From assembly GCA_965200315.1 (NCBI GenBank), contig OZ241362.1:2272001-2336000 (forward strand): DNA of 64,000 nt, read 5' to 3'. This DNA is from Candidatus Latescibacterota bacterium. Lineage in GTDB: Bacteria > Latescibacterota > UBA2968 > UBA8231. Positions within the stretch are counted from its first letter, which is position 1. Each line of letters opens with the position of its first letter. A model generated the notes under the pieces. It was not told where the DNA came from. It did no database searches and worked only from the letters and a program-made list of their open reading frames with translations. This document shows, in pieces, positions 1 to 8,572 of the stretch. Position numbers and translations under genes: made by a program.

Positions 1-352
1 CCTTCAAGTTGGTGTCGAGCGTCGCATCCCAATCCTCCTCCGACAGCTCCTCAATGGTCTTGAACGCCCCCGTCAAGACCCCAGCCGCGAAAACCGCCAC
101 ATCGAGGTGGGCGGTGCGCACACCGATCTGTGCAACCGACGCAGCCACGCTCTCTTCCAAACGCACGTCCGTGGCGTAGAAATGCGCTTGGCCCCCTGCG
201 GCCTCAATCTGTTCCACTGCGGCTCGGCCCTCCGACTCGTTGTAGTCCATGATGTGGACGCGCGCCCCTTCTTGGGCGAAAAGCTCGGCAGCAGCCCGGC
301 CAATGCCGGTGGACCCTCCGGTTACCAGCGCATCTTTGTTTGCTAGCTTCAC
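1..352 (-). CDS. SDR family oxidoreductase (5' part; runs off window edge)
   Basis: Manual translation from GTG at 352: MKLANKDALVTGGSTGIGRAAAELFAQEGARV...; TGxxxGIG Rossmann motif; AGGAGG RBS upstream; not in ORF track because truncated. Confidence 0.9.
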   Translation of the reverse strand, partial: MKLANKDALVTGGSTGIGRAAAELFAQEGARVHIMDYNESEGRAAVEQIEAAGGQAHFYATDVRLEESVAASVAQIGVRTAHLDVAVFAAGVLTGAFKTIEELSEEDWDATLDTNLK

Positions 353-448
353 ACGTACCTCCTTCTATTGTGTGCGGCGACACAGCAAAAGTTGCCAATA
401 TATCGCCATAGAGTATTTTCTACGAGTGATCTGTTCAAACCCCACCAC

Positions 449-1453
449 ATGACCACCAATCGCCAACTCGCCGTCTGGCTCCTCGCTGTCTCGGCTCTCA
501 TCGTCGTCCTCGTAGTGTACGGGGGCTGGGTGCGCCTGACCCGCTCGGGCCTATCCATCGTTGAGTGGAACGTGGTCACCGGCGTCGTTCCGCCGCTCAG
601 TGCCGCGGCTTGGGAAAGCGAATTCGCCAAGTACCGGCAGACGCCCGAATACCAGCTCGTCAACTATGGCATGGAGTTGGACGAATTCAAGTTTATCTAC
701 TACATGGAGTTCGGCCACCGCCTGCTCGGTCGGCTGGCCGGGTTGCTCTTTGTGGTGCCCCTGCTCTATTTCCTCTGCCGCCGCGCCATTCCCCGCGCCC
801 ACATACCTGCCTATCTGGGCATTGGCCTGCTCTTCGCCCTCCAAGGCTTGGTGGGCTGGCTGATGGTCAAGAGCGGCCTAGACGACCGGCCCCAAGTAAG
901 CCATCTGCGCTTGACCTTGCACCTTTGTTGCGCCTTGGCCCTTTTGGCCGCTTGCCTCTGGCAGGCCCTCGGCTATCTGTCGTCTGCGGTAGCGGCTCGG
1001 CCGGTGCCCCGCACTGCGCGTCGCCTTTGCATTTGGCTGTTTGCCGCCGTCTGCCTCCAAATCGCCGCTGGCGGCCTAGTCGCCGGGCTCAAGGCCGGGC
1101 ACCTATCGGATACCTTTCCCAAAATGTTCGGGGTTTGGCTCCCGGCTGGCTTGTGGTCCATACAGCCGCCGCTGGTAAACCTGCTCGATAACCCCATCAC
1201 CGTCCACTTCCAACACCGCTTCTTTGCCTTTGCAGTCCTCGGGCTATCACTAGCACTGTGGGCGGTCGCCCGCCACACAGCCCTGAAGACTGGGTCCGGC
1301 CTAATCCTCTGCTTGGTAACTGTGCAGATCGGCTTGGGAATCGGCACGGTCGTAGCGCATGTCCCCTTGGCCTTGGCCTCGCTCCATCAGGCAGTAGCCG
1401 TGGCTCTGTTCGCTGCCGTGCTTTTTCTTTGCCACCGCACGTGCAGAGGCTAG
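449..1453 (+). CDS. ctaA: Heme A synthase (COX15/CtaA family)
   Basis: GGWVRLTRSGLSIVEW, EFGHRLLGR, QGLVGWLMVKSGL, QHR and LHQ motifs, multiple TM helices; start moved to ATG 449. Confidence 0.92.
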   Translation: MTTNRQLAVWLLAVSALIVVLVVYGGWVRLTRSGLSIVEWNVVTGVVPPLSAAAWESEFAKYRQTPEYQLVNYGMELDEFKFIYYMEFGHRLLGRLAGLLFVVPLLYFLCRRAIPRAHIPAYLGIGLLFALQGLVGWLMVKSGLDDRPQVSHLRLTLHLCCALALLAACLWQALGYLSSAVAARPVPRTARRLCIWLFAAVCLQIAAGGLVAGLKAGHLSDTFPKMFGVWLPAGLWSIQPPLVNLLDNPITVHFQHRFFAFAVLGLSLALWAVARHTALKTGSGLILCLVTVQIGLGIGTVVAHVPLALASLHQAVAVALFAAVLFLCHRTCRG

Positions 1454-2169
1454 ACCGCCTCATAGCGGTTGATGATCTCGGTTTCGACCGCGCCATCGGC
1501 CGCAATTCGGCGCACTGCAAGCGCAATCCGATGCTCGGGGTCTAGGACTTCCCAGAGACGGGCAGGCGCACAGGCGAGGGGCAACAGGTAAGGAACTCCA
1601 GAAAACGCCGGCAACGGGTCGCCATCTGAGTCGTACGTAGTGATAGCGTAACCATAGCCCGGCTCAATGCAGTCGAAGCGGAAGAAGTGGCGTTCGCTGT
1701 GCTCGGGGTCAAAAGGGCTGGCCTTGAGTATGGCGAGCCAAGCCTCATCGGCCTCCAGATCAACATAGCCCGCTATGCGCGGCGTGTAGTTGGGCGAATC
1801 CGGCTCGTGCTGCCAGCCAGCCAAGCTCTCGATAAAACCGCGACCGGCGGTAAAACCTTCGTATATGACGTCGGTATGGGCCCCATTGGAGACAATGCTG
1901 CGCCGAGAACAAACGCGCATGGCGTTGTAGATGATGAGCGTGGGGTCGCTCAACTTCGCCGGATCGGCCGCTTCGGTTCGCAACACATCGCCCTCAGCGA
2001 CGAAGATGCGGTTGCGGCTGTTGGCACTGCGCCCTGAGATCCAGTAAACCTGCATCCAAGTCCCCGCCGCAGCCCGGCCAATGACAATGCCGCGGCCTAC
2101 GTAGGGGTTTTCGGCCAGCCGTTGCTGCAAGTTGACCGCAGCCTGTTCTCTTACCGTTTTTGGCATCAT
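1450..2169 (-). CDS. IMP cyclohydrolase, PurO-like (Ntn-fold) family
   Basis: YVGRGIVIG, GRSANSRNR, IIYNA, SNGAHTD and EPDSPNYTPRIAG motifs typical of the PurO/IMP_cyclohyd family. Confidence 0.8.
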   Translation of the reverse strand: MMPKTVREQAAVNLQQRLAENPYVGRGIVIGRAAAGTWMQVYWISGRSANSRNRIFVAEGDVLRTEAADPAKLSDPTLIIYNAMRVCSRRSIVSNGAHTDVIYEGFTAGRGFIESLAGWQHEPDSPNYTPRIAGYVDLEADEAWLAILKASPFDPEHSERHFFRFDCIEPGYGYAITTYDSDGDPLPAFSGVPYLLPLACAPARLWEVLDPEHRIALAVRRIAADGAVETEIINRYEAV

Positions 2170-2230
2170 GCCCCATAGTATAGGCCAACGATACGCTCGA
2201 CAAAAGCGCTACTTCAGCTGCTTTTTGGCA

Positions 2231-2283
2231 CAAAAAGACCGGTTCTTTTTTCTCTGGGGAATATCGAGAAAAAGAACCGGTCT
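2231..2283 (-). terminator. Intrinsic terminator downstream of the 64-aa gene
   Basis: Long inverted repeat AGACCGGTTCTTTTT...AAAAAGAACCGGTCT followed by TTTTTG on the minus strand. Confidence 0.75.
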
Positions 2284-2310
2284 GAACGAGGCTCAGCCGA
2301 GGCGGCCTAC

Positions 2311-2505
2311 TTAACTGCGCTTTAGCACGGGTAAGCCGTTTTTGCTCTCAGACACCTGATAGCCAGCCGGCACCGCGTCGAGAGCACCTTCTTTTTCGGT
2401 TTTAGCAAAGAAGTAAATCGTCTGCGAGTTCCCGTTTTTGAGGGTCGTGGTCCGGGAATGCAGAATATATGCGACCCCCTTAGAATTCGTATGCGAAAAA
2501 GCCAT
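2311..2505 (-). CDS. Small hypothetical protein (64 aa)
   Basis: AAGGAG RBS, own terminator, protein-like composition (YILH, IYFFAK, GYQV, NGLPVLKR). Confidence 0.8.
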   Translation of the reverse strand: MAFSHTNSKGVAYILHSRTTTLKNGNSQTIYFFAKTEKEGALDAVPAGYQVSESKNGLPVLKRS

Positions 2506-2670
2506 GGCATCTCCTTACGTGCGAGATAGGAGGAAGTATGGAAGTCGAACGACGAAGCACGACTTCTCTCTGAATAGGGGAGTCTTTTTAGAAAAAAAGG
2601 CTATCTGTCCAAAATCGCAACTACTTTTATAGCCCTCCGCCTTGGGCCAGCACAGCTAGCAAGACGGCTC

Positions 2671-2699
2671 TTGACTAAGCGCAACCCATAGCGTAGAAT
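2671..2699 (+). promoter_or_regulatory. sigma70-type promoter for rpsU-csp
   Basis: TTGACT-17 bp-TAGAAT about 47 bp upstream of the rpsU start. Confidence 0.65.
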
Positions 2700-2746
2700 A
2701 TATTTTTCTTACCTAGGAACTTAAAGCCAAGGGTTAGGAGCAGTAG

Positions 2747-2995
2747 ATGAGCAATTTCAGCGTCGAGATCAGATCGGACGAACCCTTTGAAAAGGCGCTA
2801 CGGCGCTTTACGTCCAAAACCCGCAAAGCCGGCTTGTTGCGCGACTTGAAGAAGCGGCGTTTCTATACTAAACCCTCGGTCCAGAAGAAGATCAACCGCC
2901 AAAAGAGCATCCGCCGACAGCAGAAAGCTATTCGCATGGCCGAGGTTGGCTTTGTCCGCGGCCCACGCGGGGCTGGTGGGCGCAGCCCGCGCTAG
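2747..2995 (+). CDS. rpsU: 30S ribosomal protein S21
   Basis: EPFEKALRRF...KAGLL...RRFYTKPS motif; AGGAG RBS. Confidence 0.93.
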   Translation: MSNFSVEIRSDEPFEKALRRFTSKTRKAGLLRDLKKRRFYTKPSVQKKINRQKSIRRQQKAIRMAEVGFVRGPRGAGGRSPR

Positions 2996-3073
2996 GGTCT
3001 TTTTGTACCTTAAGCCCAGCTTGGAACGCTCAGCTCAACGCAATTAGCACATCGAAGGGAGGCAACCTTCATT

Positions 3074-3313
3074 ATGTCCGAACGTCAAAGTGGATCCGTC
3101 AAATGGTTCGATAGTTCCAAGGGGTTTGGTTTTATCCAGCGCGAAGGACAAGACGACGTCTTCGTCCATTACAGCGCGATTCGCGGCGATGGTTTCCGCT
3201 CCTTAGAAGAAGGTCAGCAGGTGGAATTTGAAACGGTCACTAGCCCCAAGGGCCTGCAAGCCCGAGACGTGGTCGTCATCGGCGCGACCCCCGAAACCCA
3301 AACTCCGCAATAA
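3074..3313 (+). CDS. Cold-shock protein (CspA family)
   Basis: [15 protein letters not shown] (RNP1) and DVFVHYSAI (RNP2). Confidence 0.96.
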   Translation: MSERQSGSVKWFDSSKGFGFIQREGQDDVFVHYSAIRGDGFRSLEEGQQVEFETVTSPKGLQARDVVVIGATPETQTPQ

Positions 3314-3329
3314 TCCCTCCATACAAACG

Positions 3330-3366
3330 CAAAAAGCGCAGGCCCTTGGGGTCCTGCGCTTTTTTG
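3330..3366. terminator. Bidirectional intrinsic terminator
   Basis: AAAAAGCGCAGG...CCTGCGCTTTTTT between the convergent csp and VOC genes. Confidence 0.85.
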
Positions 3367-3378
3367 TGCCAACCCAGC

Positions 3379-3801
3379 CTAGTGAGTCTGGAAGAACTCC
3401 ACGACTTCGCCGTTGGGGCCTTTGAAAAAGGCAATTGTCACGTTTAGCCTGTCCAGCGTCAGATCCTTGGGTTCGACCGTGATCTCGCATCCGGCCGCTC
3501 GCACCCGCTCAGTGGCGGCGCGTGCGTCTGTAACCGCCAAGGCAAAGTGCGTCACCGGATCGTTGGGGCTTTCGGCCCCAAGTGCGGGCGATTCGGCCGT
3601 GGGGGCGAAGAGTTCAAGGTGGCTGCCATCGCCTGCATCCAAGAGCGCGATCTTGCGCTCAGGAGAACCAAATTCGGCGACCACCTCCATGCCCAGCACA
3701 TCTCGGTAAAAGCCCAGCGACGTTTCCCAATCGCGCGTCTGCACGGCCACGTGGTGCATTCCACAACCGGCGATTATAGCGTTTTTGTCTCCTATGGGCA
3801 T
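3379..3801 (-). CDS. VOC/glyoxalase family protein
   Basis: MHHVAV...FYRDVLG...LELF...HFAL...FFKGPNGEVVEF metal-binding pattern. Confidence 0.9.
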   Translation of the reverse strand: MPIGDKNAIIAGCGMHHVAVQTRDWETSLGFYRDVLGMEVVAEFGSPERKIALLDAGDGSHLELFAPTAESPALGAESPNDPVTHFALAVTDARAATERVRAAGCEITVEPKDLTLDRLNVTIAFFKGPNGEVVEFFQTH

Positions 3802-3840
3802 CGACGTTCTTCCTTTCATGGCACCCATCGGGACCGACGG

Positions 3841-4203
3841 TTAAAGCAGATAAAAGAGGATGTAAGCCGCCAGCCCAGTGCTGACTATGGCACCGCCGTA
3901 GCAGAAGTAGTGAATGGGAAGGATCAACTTCCGCACCCCAAATTCGTGGAGCATGAAGCGGATGCGGTGCGCCGCGTGATAGAGCGGTAGAGCGGCCACG
4001 ACGAAAAAGACCACTTTGACCAGCGGGTGACTGAGCAACTTGTTCATGGCCTCGTATCCGCTCACTTTCGCGCCGATCAAGCCTAGTGGCTCGGCCAGCC
4101 CGACGAAGTAGATCAGCACGGGGATCAGCATGGCAGCTACCACGCCGCCAGCGGAAAACAGGCCCCACCAGAAAGGTTCGGTTTTGTCTTGTTTGTAGCT
4201 CAT
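3841..4203 (-). CDS. frdD: Fumarate reductase membrane anchor subunit D
   Basis: EPFWWGLFSAGG and LYHAAHRIRF motifs resembling E. coli FrdD; operon position; start set at ATG 4203. Confidence 0.9.
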   Translation of the reverse strand: MSYKQDKTEPFWWGLFSAGGVVAAMLIPVLIYFVGLAEPLGLIGAKVSGYEAMNKLLSHPLVKVVFFVVAALPLYHAAHRIRFMLHEFGVRKLILPIHYFCYGGAIVSTGLAAYILFYLL

Positions 4204-4205
4204 GG

Positions 4206-4604
4206 CTATAGCGCGTACAGGAAAATGCAGCCAACGGCCGCCGACACGAGGAAAAACCCGACGAAGGCACCAGCCGTTACCAACTTGGGCGGCACGGTGA
4301 ACGCGCCCAGCTGCACAACTTGGACCCGACCCATTACTCCCAGCCAAGTAATCGTGTGGTAGAGCGCAAAGACAAACGCCACCGCGTAAAAGGCCACAAA
4401 CGCCGGTGCCGTCAGTTCGTCGCGACAAGCCGCATACGCCTCCGGCCCCTTGGCCAGCGCAAAGAGCTGGTAGAGGAAGAGGAGGACGAAGGCGGCGACG
4501 AAGACGCTGCTCAATTCGCGCATCATAAATAGGAAATAGTTGCGGCTCTTTAGCCACCAAGCCGGAGATAGCTTTGGCTTGTAGGTTTCGTACGACTGGC
4601 TCAT
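4206..4604 (-). CDS. frdC: Fumarate reductase membrane anchor subunit C
   Basis: WWLK...YFLFMMRE and LYHTITW motifs, three TM helices; overlaps the frdB stop (ATGA). Confidence 0.9.
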   Translation of the reverse strand: MSQSYETYKPKLSPAWWLKSRNYFLFMMRELSSVFVAAFVLLFLYQLFALAKGPEAYAACRDELTAPAFVAFYAVAFVFALYHTITWLGVMGRVQVVQLGAFTVPPKLVTAGAFVGFFLVSAAVGCIFLYAL

Positions 4605-5347
4605 TTGTTCCCCCAAGGCATGAGAAAGGATTTGAACCAGTTGGTCGTGGTGTCGACCTTGGTGCGCTGGATGGCGGCGGCCGGGTCCACGTCCTTGGGA
4701 CAGACCACCGAGCACTCACCGATAAATGTGCATTCCCAGATGCCCTCACTGCTAGCGGCGACGACCGTGCGCTGGGCGTAGCCTTCGTCGCGCGAGTCGA
4801 GGTTGTAGCGGTAGGACAGCGCTAGGGCCGCTGGGCCGACGAAGACGTCTTCTAGCCCATAGACGGGACAAGCCGCGTAACACAGCAGGCAGTTGATGCA
4901 CTGGCTAAACTGCTTGAACTCCTTTAGCTCCGCGGGCGACTGCAAGTACTCGCCTTCGGTGACCGGCTTTTCTTCCTCGCGAATGATCCACGGCTGGACC
5001 GCCTTGAGCTTGTCCATGAAATCGTCTATATCGACGACCAAGTCGCGGATAATGGGGAAGTGGGCGAGGGGCTGGATCACCAACTCATTCGGGTAGTAGT
5101 CCTTGAGGAAGGCCGCGCAGGTCAACTTAGGCTCGCCGTTGACCATCATACCGCAAGAGCCGCACACGCCCATGCGGCACGACCAGCGGTATGAAAGGGT
5201 GCCGTCCATGTGGTCTTTGATGTAGTTGAGCGCGTCGAGGACGACCCAGTCCTCCTGATAGGGAACCTCGTAAACCTGCTCGGTGGGTGCATCCTCCTGC
5301 TCGGGTCGAAAGCGGGTCACCCGGATGCCAATGGTCTTGTCGCTCAT
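4601..5347 (-). CDS. frdB: Fumarate reductase iron-sulfur subunit
   Basis: [15 protein letters not shown] (2Fe-2S), [25 protein letters not shown]. Confidence 0.95.
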   Translation of the reverse strand: MSDKTIGIRVTRFRPEQEDAPTEQVYEVPYQEDWVVLDALNYIKDHMDGTLSYRWSCRMGVCGSCGMMVNGEPKLTCAAFLKDYYPNELVIQPLAHFPIIRDLVVDIDDFMDKLKAVQPWIIREEEKPVTEGEYLQSPAELKEFKQFSQCINCLLCYAACPVYGLEDVFVGPAALALSYRYNLDSRDEGYAQRTVVAASSEGIWECTFIGECSVVCPKDVDPAAAIQRTKVDTTTNWFKSFLMPWGNK

Positions 5348-5359
5348 AGCTCCTCTCAA

Positions 5360-7069
5360 TCAGTAGGTGCGCTCTTGGGGCTGCCAGCGGGTAATGACGA
5401 CGTCTTGGTATTCGATGCGTGGCTCGCCATCGGTGCGATAGGCCAAGGAGTGACAGAGGAAATTTTCATCGTCGCGCTCTTCGTAGTCCATGCGCGAATG
5501 CGATCCGCGCGACTCCCGGCGCAAAAGTGCCGAATGAGCCACGGTCTCGGCCACGTCGAGCAGCGAGCCCAGTTCCAAAGCGGCCGTTAGTTCGGTGTTG
5601 AAGACCGATGAGCTGTCGTCAACCTGAACGCGAGTGTAGCGCTCCTTGAGCTTGGGCAACTCGGCGCAGGTCGCCTCTAGGCTCTCCTGTTCGCGGTAGA
5701 TGCCCGCCCCTTGCTCCATCGTCTTCTGCAGATCCGTGCGAATGTCGGCGATGCGCTCGCTGCCTTCGTTTTTGAAAAACGCCTGTTCAATCCGCTGCCA
5801 CTCGTCAGCAGCCATCTTCTTCAGGCTATCGTACGACGGTGAATTGACCTCGGCGGCATACTCGGCGGCATAGCGGCCGGCCCGCGCACCGAAAACCAAA
5901 AGCTCGGACAGCGAGTTGGAGCCGAGGCGATTGGCTCCGTTGATGGTGACACAGGCCGTTTCCCCGGCCGCGTACAAGCCCGGAATCGGCGTCGCCGTAG
6001 TAATGTCGGTGTGAATGCCGCCCATCATGTAGTGGACCACCGGGCGCACGGGCACCGGCTCGTACACGGGATCAATGCCCACGTAGTTTTTGGTCAACTC
6101 GCGTACGAAGGGGATGCGCTCGTCGATTTTCTTTTCGCCCAAGTGCCGCAAATCGAGATGGACGTACGTGCCGTACGGGCCGGAAAAGACCCGCCCGGCG
6201 CGCTCCTCGTGGACGAATGCCCGCGAAACCATGTCGCGCGGGCCTAATTCCATCTTGTCGGGCAGGTATTCGCTGAGGTAGCGGTCGCCTTTGTTGTTGA
6301 TCAAGTAGCCGCCCTCGCCGCGCGATGCCTCGGTCATCAAGATGCCCGTGCCCGGCAGCCCGGTGGGATGGTACTGGACAAACTCCATGTCCTTGAGTGG
6401 GCAACCCGCTCGGTAGGCCATGGACATGCCGTCGCCGGTCTTGATGGCGGCGTTGGTCGTAAAGGGGAAAATGCGCCCGCCGCCGCCCGTGCAGATGATT
6501 ACGGCCTTGGCGGGAATCGCCTGCATGGCACCTGAGCGCACGTTGATCGCTGCCACGCCACAGGCCGCGCCGTTGTCGTCGAGCAGCAACCGAGTGCCAA
6601 ACCACTCGTCGTAGCGATGGATGCGGTCGTATTTGAGCGAGGTCTGGAAAAGGGCGTGTAGCATGTGGAAGCCGGTTTTGTCGGCCGCGTACAGGGTGCG
6701 CTTGACCGACATGCCCCCGAAGGCGCGCACACTGATCCGGCCGTCGTCGTCGCGGCTCCAAGGGCAGCCCCAATGCTCCAATTGAATCAGCTCGTCTCTG
6801 GCCTCCTCGACGAAGACCTCGACTACGTCTTGGTCGGCGAGAAAATCGCTGCCCTTGATGGTGTCGAAGGCATGGGAGTCGAAGCTGTCGTCGTCGCGTA
6901 GCACCGCCGCGGAGCCGCCTTCGGCTGACACCGTGTGACTGCGCATGGGGTACACTTTGGACACCAAGCCGACGCTGAGATTCGGATCGATCTCGACAGC
7001 AGCAATCGCCGCCCGCAGCCCCGCACCACCGCCGCCTACGATTAGTATGTCGTGGTTAGGTATATTCAC
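5360..7069 (-). CDS. frdA: Fumarate reductase/succinate dehydrogenase flavoprotein subunit
   Basis: GGGGAGL FAD motif, [10 protein letters not shown] covalent-FAD His, [21 protein letters not shown]; N-terminal length fits E. coli FrdA, supporting the GTG start at 7069. Confidence 0.95.
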   Translation of the reverse strand: MNIPNHDILIVGGGGAGLRAAIAAVEIDPNLSVGLVSKVYPMRSHTVSAEGGSAAVLRDDDSFDSHAFDTIKGSDFLADQDVVEVFVEEARDELIQLEHWGCPWSRDDDGRISVRAFGGMSVKRTLYAADKTGFHMLHALFQTSLKYDRIHRYDEWFGTRLLLDDNGAACGVAAINVRSGAMQAIPAKAVIICTGGGGRIFPFTTNAAIKTGDGMSMAYRAGCPLKDMEFVQYHPTGLPGTGILMTEASRGEGGYLINNKGDRYLSEYLPDKMELGPRDMVSRAFVHEERAGRVFSGPYGTYVHLDLRHLGEKKIDERIPFVRELTKNYVGIDPVYEPVPVRPVVHYMMGGIHTDITTATPIPGLYAAGETACVTINGANRLGSNSLSELLVFGARAGRYAAEYAAEVNSPSYDSLKKMAADEWQRIEQAFFKNEGSERIADIRTDLQKTMEQGAGIYREQESLEATCAELPKLKERYTRVQVDDSSSVFNTELTAALELGSLLDVAETVAHSALLRRESRGSHSRMDYEERDDENFLCHSLAYRTDGEPRIEYQDVVITRWQPQERTY

Positions 7070-7148
7070 GTTTCAATCCACACCCCCGCACGGGGGCGAC
7101 CTTTTTGGTGGGGGAGGTTTCAATTCGCGCCCCCGCACAGGGGGCGAT
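7070..7148 (-). CRISPR. Two degenerate type I-C-like CRISPR repeats with a 16-nt spacer (orphan mini-array) directly upstream of frdA
   Basis: Minus strand: ATCGCCCCCTGTGCGGGGGCGCGAATTGAAAC (7148-7117), CTCCCCCACCAAAAAG (7116-7101), GTCGCCCCCGTGCGGGGGTGTGGATTGAAAC (7100-7070); fits the I-C pattern GTCGC-hairpin-GTGGATTGAAAC; no cas genes in window. Confidence 0.7.
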
Positions 7149-7256
7149 TTTTGCCTTCTCAACCGGCATAAAAAGAGGGCCTCTACACCGAAGTGCAAGA
7201 GACTGAAAAATTAAACCATATCGCCGATAGGAGCAACATCACTCGGCGCGGCAAAA

Positions 7257-8204
7257 TTACGCCGGGGCATGCAGTGCCCGTAGCCGGGTCACTTCGCGCG
7301 GAGTGGCCCGCCAAGCCGGACCGGATTCGCAGCGCAGGGCATAGCCCAGCGGGGTGAGTTCTTCGACCTCGGAGAAAAAGTGGTCCTGCCCCTTATGAAC
7401 GCAGTCCATCACCTTGTCGTCAGCCGCCGGGTTGCGCTGAATGCGTGCTCTAACCGTCAAGTCCGCTCCTTTGGCCAGCAGGTACTTGAAGGTCTCCCAG
7501 CCCGTTCCTTGGTTGGCACCAATGGCGTGGAAGAGGGGCGTTTGGCCGCCCACGCCGTTGCGCCCGACCTCGGCGCGGGCATTCAAATCGGCACCGCGCC
7601 TCAGCAGCAGGTTCACGGCATCCAACTCGTGATATTCGACCGCCAAGTGCAGGAGGGTGACGCCCCGCAGCGTGAGATGGTCGCCGTAGTCGAGCCAGAA
7701 GCGCACCTCAACTAAATCGGGGCAGCGGTCGAGTCGCTGCTCTAGTTGGTCGAGCCGGCCTCGGTGGATGTCCATGGTCGGCCCGTCCCCAAAGGTAGCC
7801 CCTGCTTCGATGAGCACTTCGACGCAGGCGTGCAGGTGGGCGGGAGGCGAACGGCGGTACGTCTGCAAAAGCCCGTAGAGGACGCGGCAGTCCCAGCCTT
7901 CGTTGTACGCGTCATCGGGATGGACGCCCAGTTTTAGCAGGCGCTGTATATGGTCTAAATCGTGATTTTCGCAGCACCCAAAGAGCGCTTCGTTCAACTC
8001 GTCCAGCTCGGCACCGAATTCGACTAACAGGCGCATGGCGTCCAAGCTAGCGTCCATGCGGTCGGCGTACTGCAAGGGGGTGTAGCTCTGCCCGTTCGCG
8101 CATTCGACGCGGTGATGGACCAGATGCGAGTGCTGACGCAACAGGGTTGCCAAGGCGTCTAAATCGCGCTCGTCGAGGGCTTTTTGCAAGCCGGTGCTAT
8201 TCAT
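7257..8204 (-). CDS. Ankyrin repeat protein
   Basis: TPLQYA, GVTLLHLAVEY...LLRRGADLNAR and GQTPLFHAI...LLAKGADL ankyrin motifs; start ATG 8204. Confidence 0.85.
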   Translation of the reverse strand: MNSTGLQKALDERDLDALATLLRQHSHLVHHRVECANGQSYTPLQYADRMDASLDAMRLLVEFGAELDELNEALFGCCENHDLDHIQRLLKLGVHPDDAYNEGWDCRVLYGLLQTYRRSPPAHLHACVEVLIEAGATFGDGPTMDIHRGRLDQLEQRLDRCPDLVEVRFWLDYGDHLTLRGVTLLHLAVEYHELDAVNLLLRRGADLNARAEVGRNGVGGQTPLFHAIGANQGTGWETFKYLLAKGADLTVRARIQRNPAADDKVMDCVHKGQDHFFSEVEELTPLGYALRCESGPAWRATPREVTRLRALHAPA

Positions 8205-8565
8205 AGCCGTACTTTCTAACGGCGTCTTCGTCAAAGCCCATAAAGTGCGCTAGTTCGTGTACTAAGGTGGTCTCCACCTCCCGCGCCAACTCGCCCTGAT
8301 CGGGGAAGTCCTCCTCCAAAGGCCCCTGATAGAGCGCAATTACCGGCGGCAGGTCGCCGCTGTCTTCGAGGCGGCGCTCGGGCAGGGGCGTACCCGTAAA
8401 AAGCCCGTAGAGCACTTCTTCTCGATCACCAGTAATCTCCTCAACCAGTTCGGGGTCGGGCCAGTCCTCGACGACGATGGCTAGGTTGTCCAGCACTTGG
8501 CGGAACTCCTCCGGCAGGCGCAGGAGGGCCTTTTCCACCAGTTTCTCAAACGCACGGCGGCGCAC
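8197..8565 (-). CDS. Zincin-like metallopeptidase family protein (DUF1025-type)
   Basis: TLVHELAHFMG HExxH, LYGLFTG, IALYQGP. Confidence 0.88.
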   Translation of the reverse strand: MRRRAFEKLVEKALLRLPEEFRQVLDNLAIVVEDWPDPELVEEITGDREEVLYGLFTGTPLPERRLEDSGDLPPVIALYQGPLEEDFPDQGELAREVETTLVHELAHFMGFDEDAVRKYGYE

Positions 8566-8572
8566 GGCAACG

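Noticed and set aside
2170-2310. ZMP/ZTP riboswitch upstream of the PurO-like gene
   Set aside because: No recognisable conserved motif; the hairpin present is explained as the upstream gene's terminator.
7070-7148. Functional adaptive CRISPR array
   Set aside because: Only two non-identical repeats, a 16-nt spacer and no cas genes in the window; kept as a repeat-derived element rather than an active immune array.
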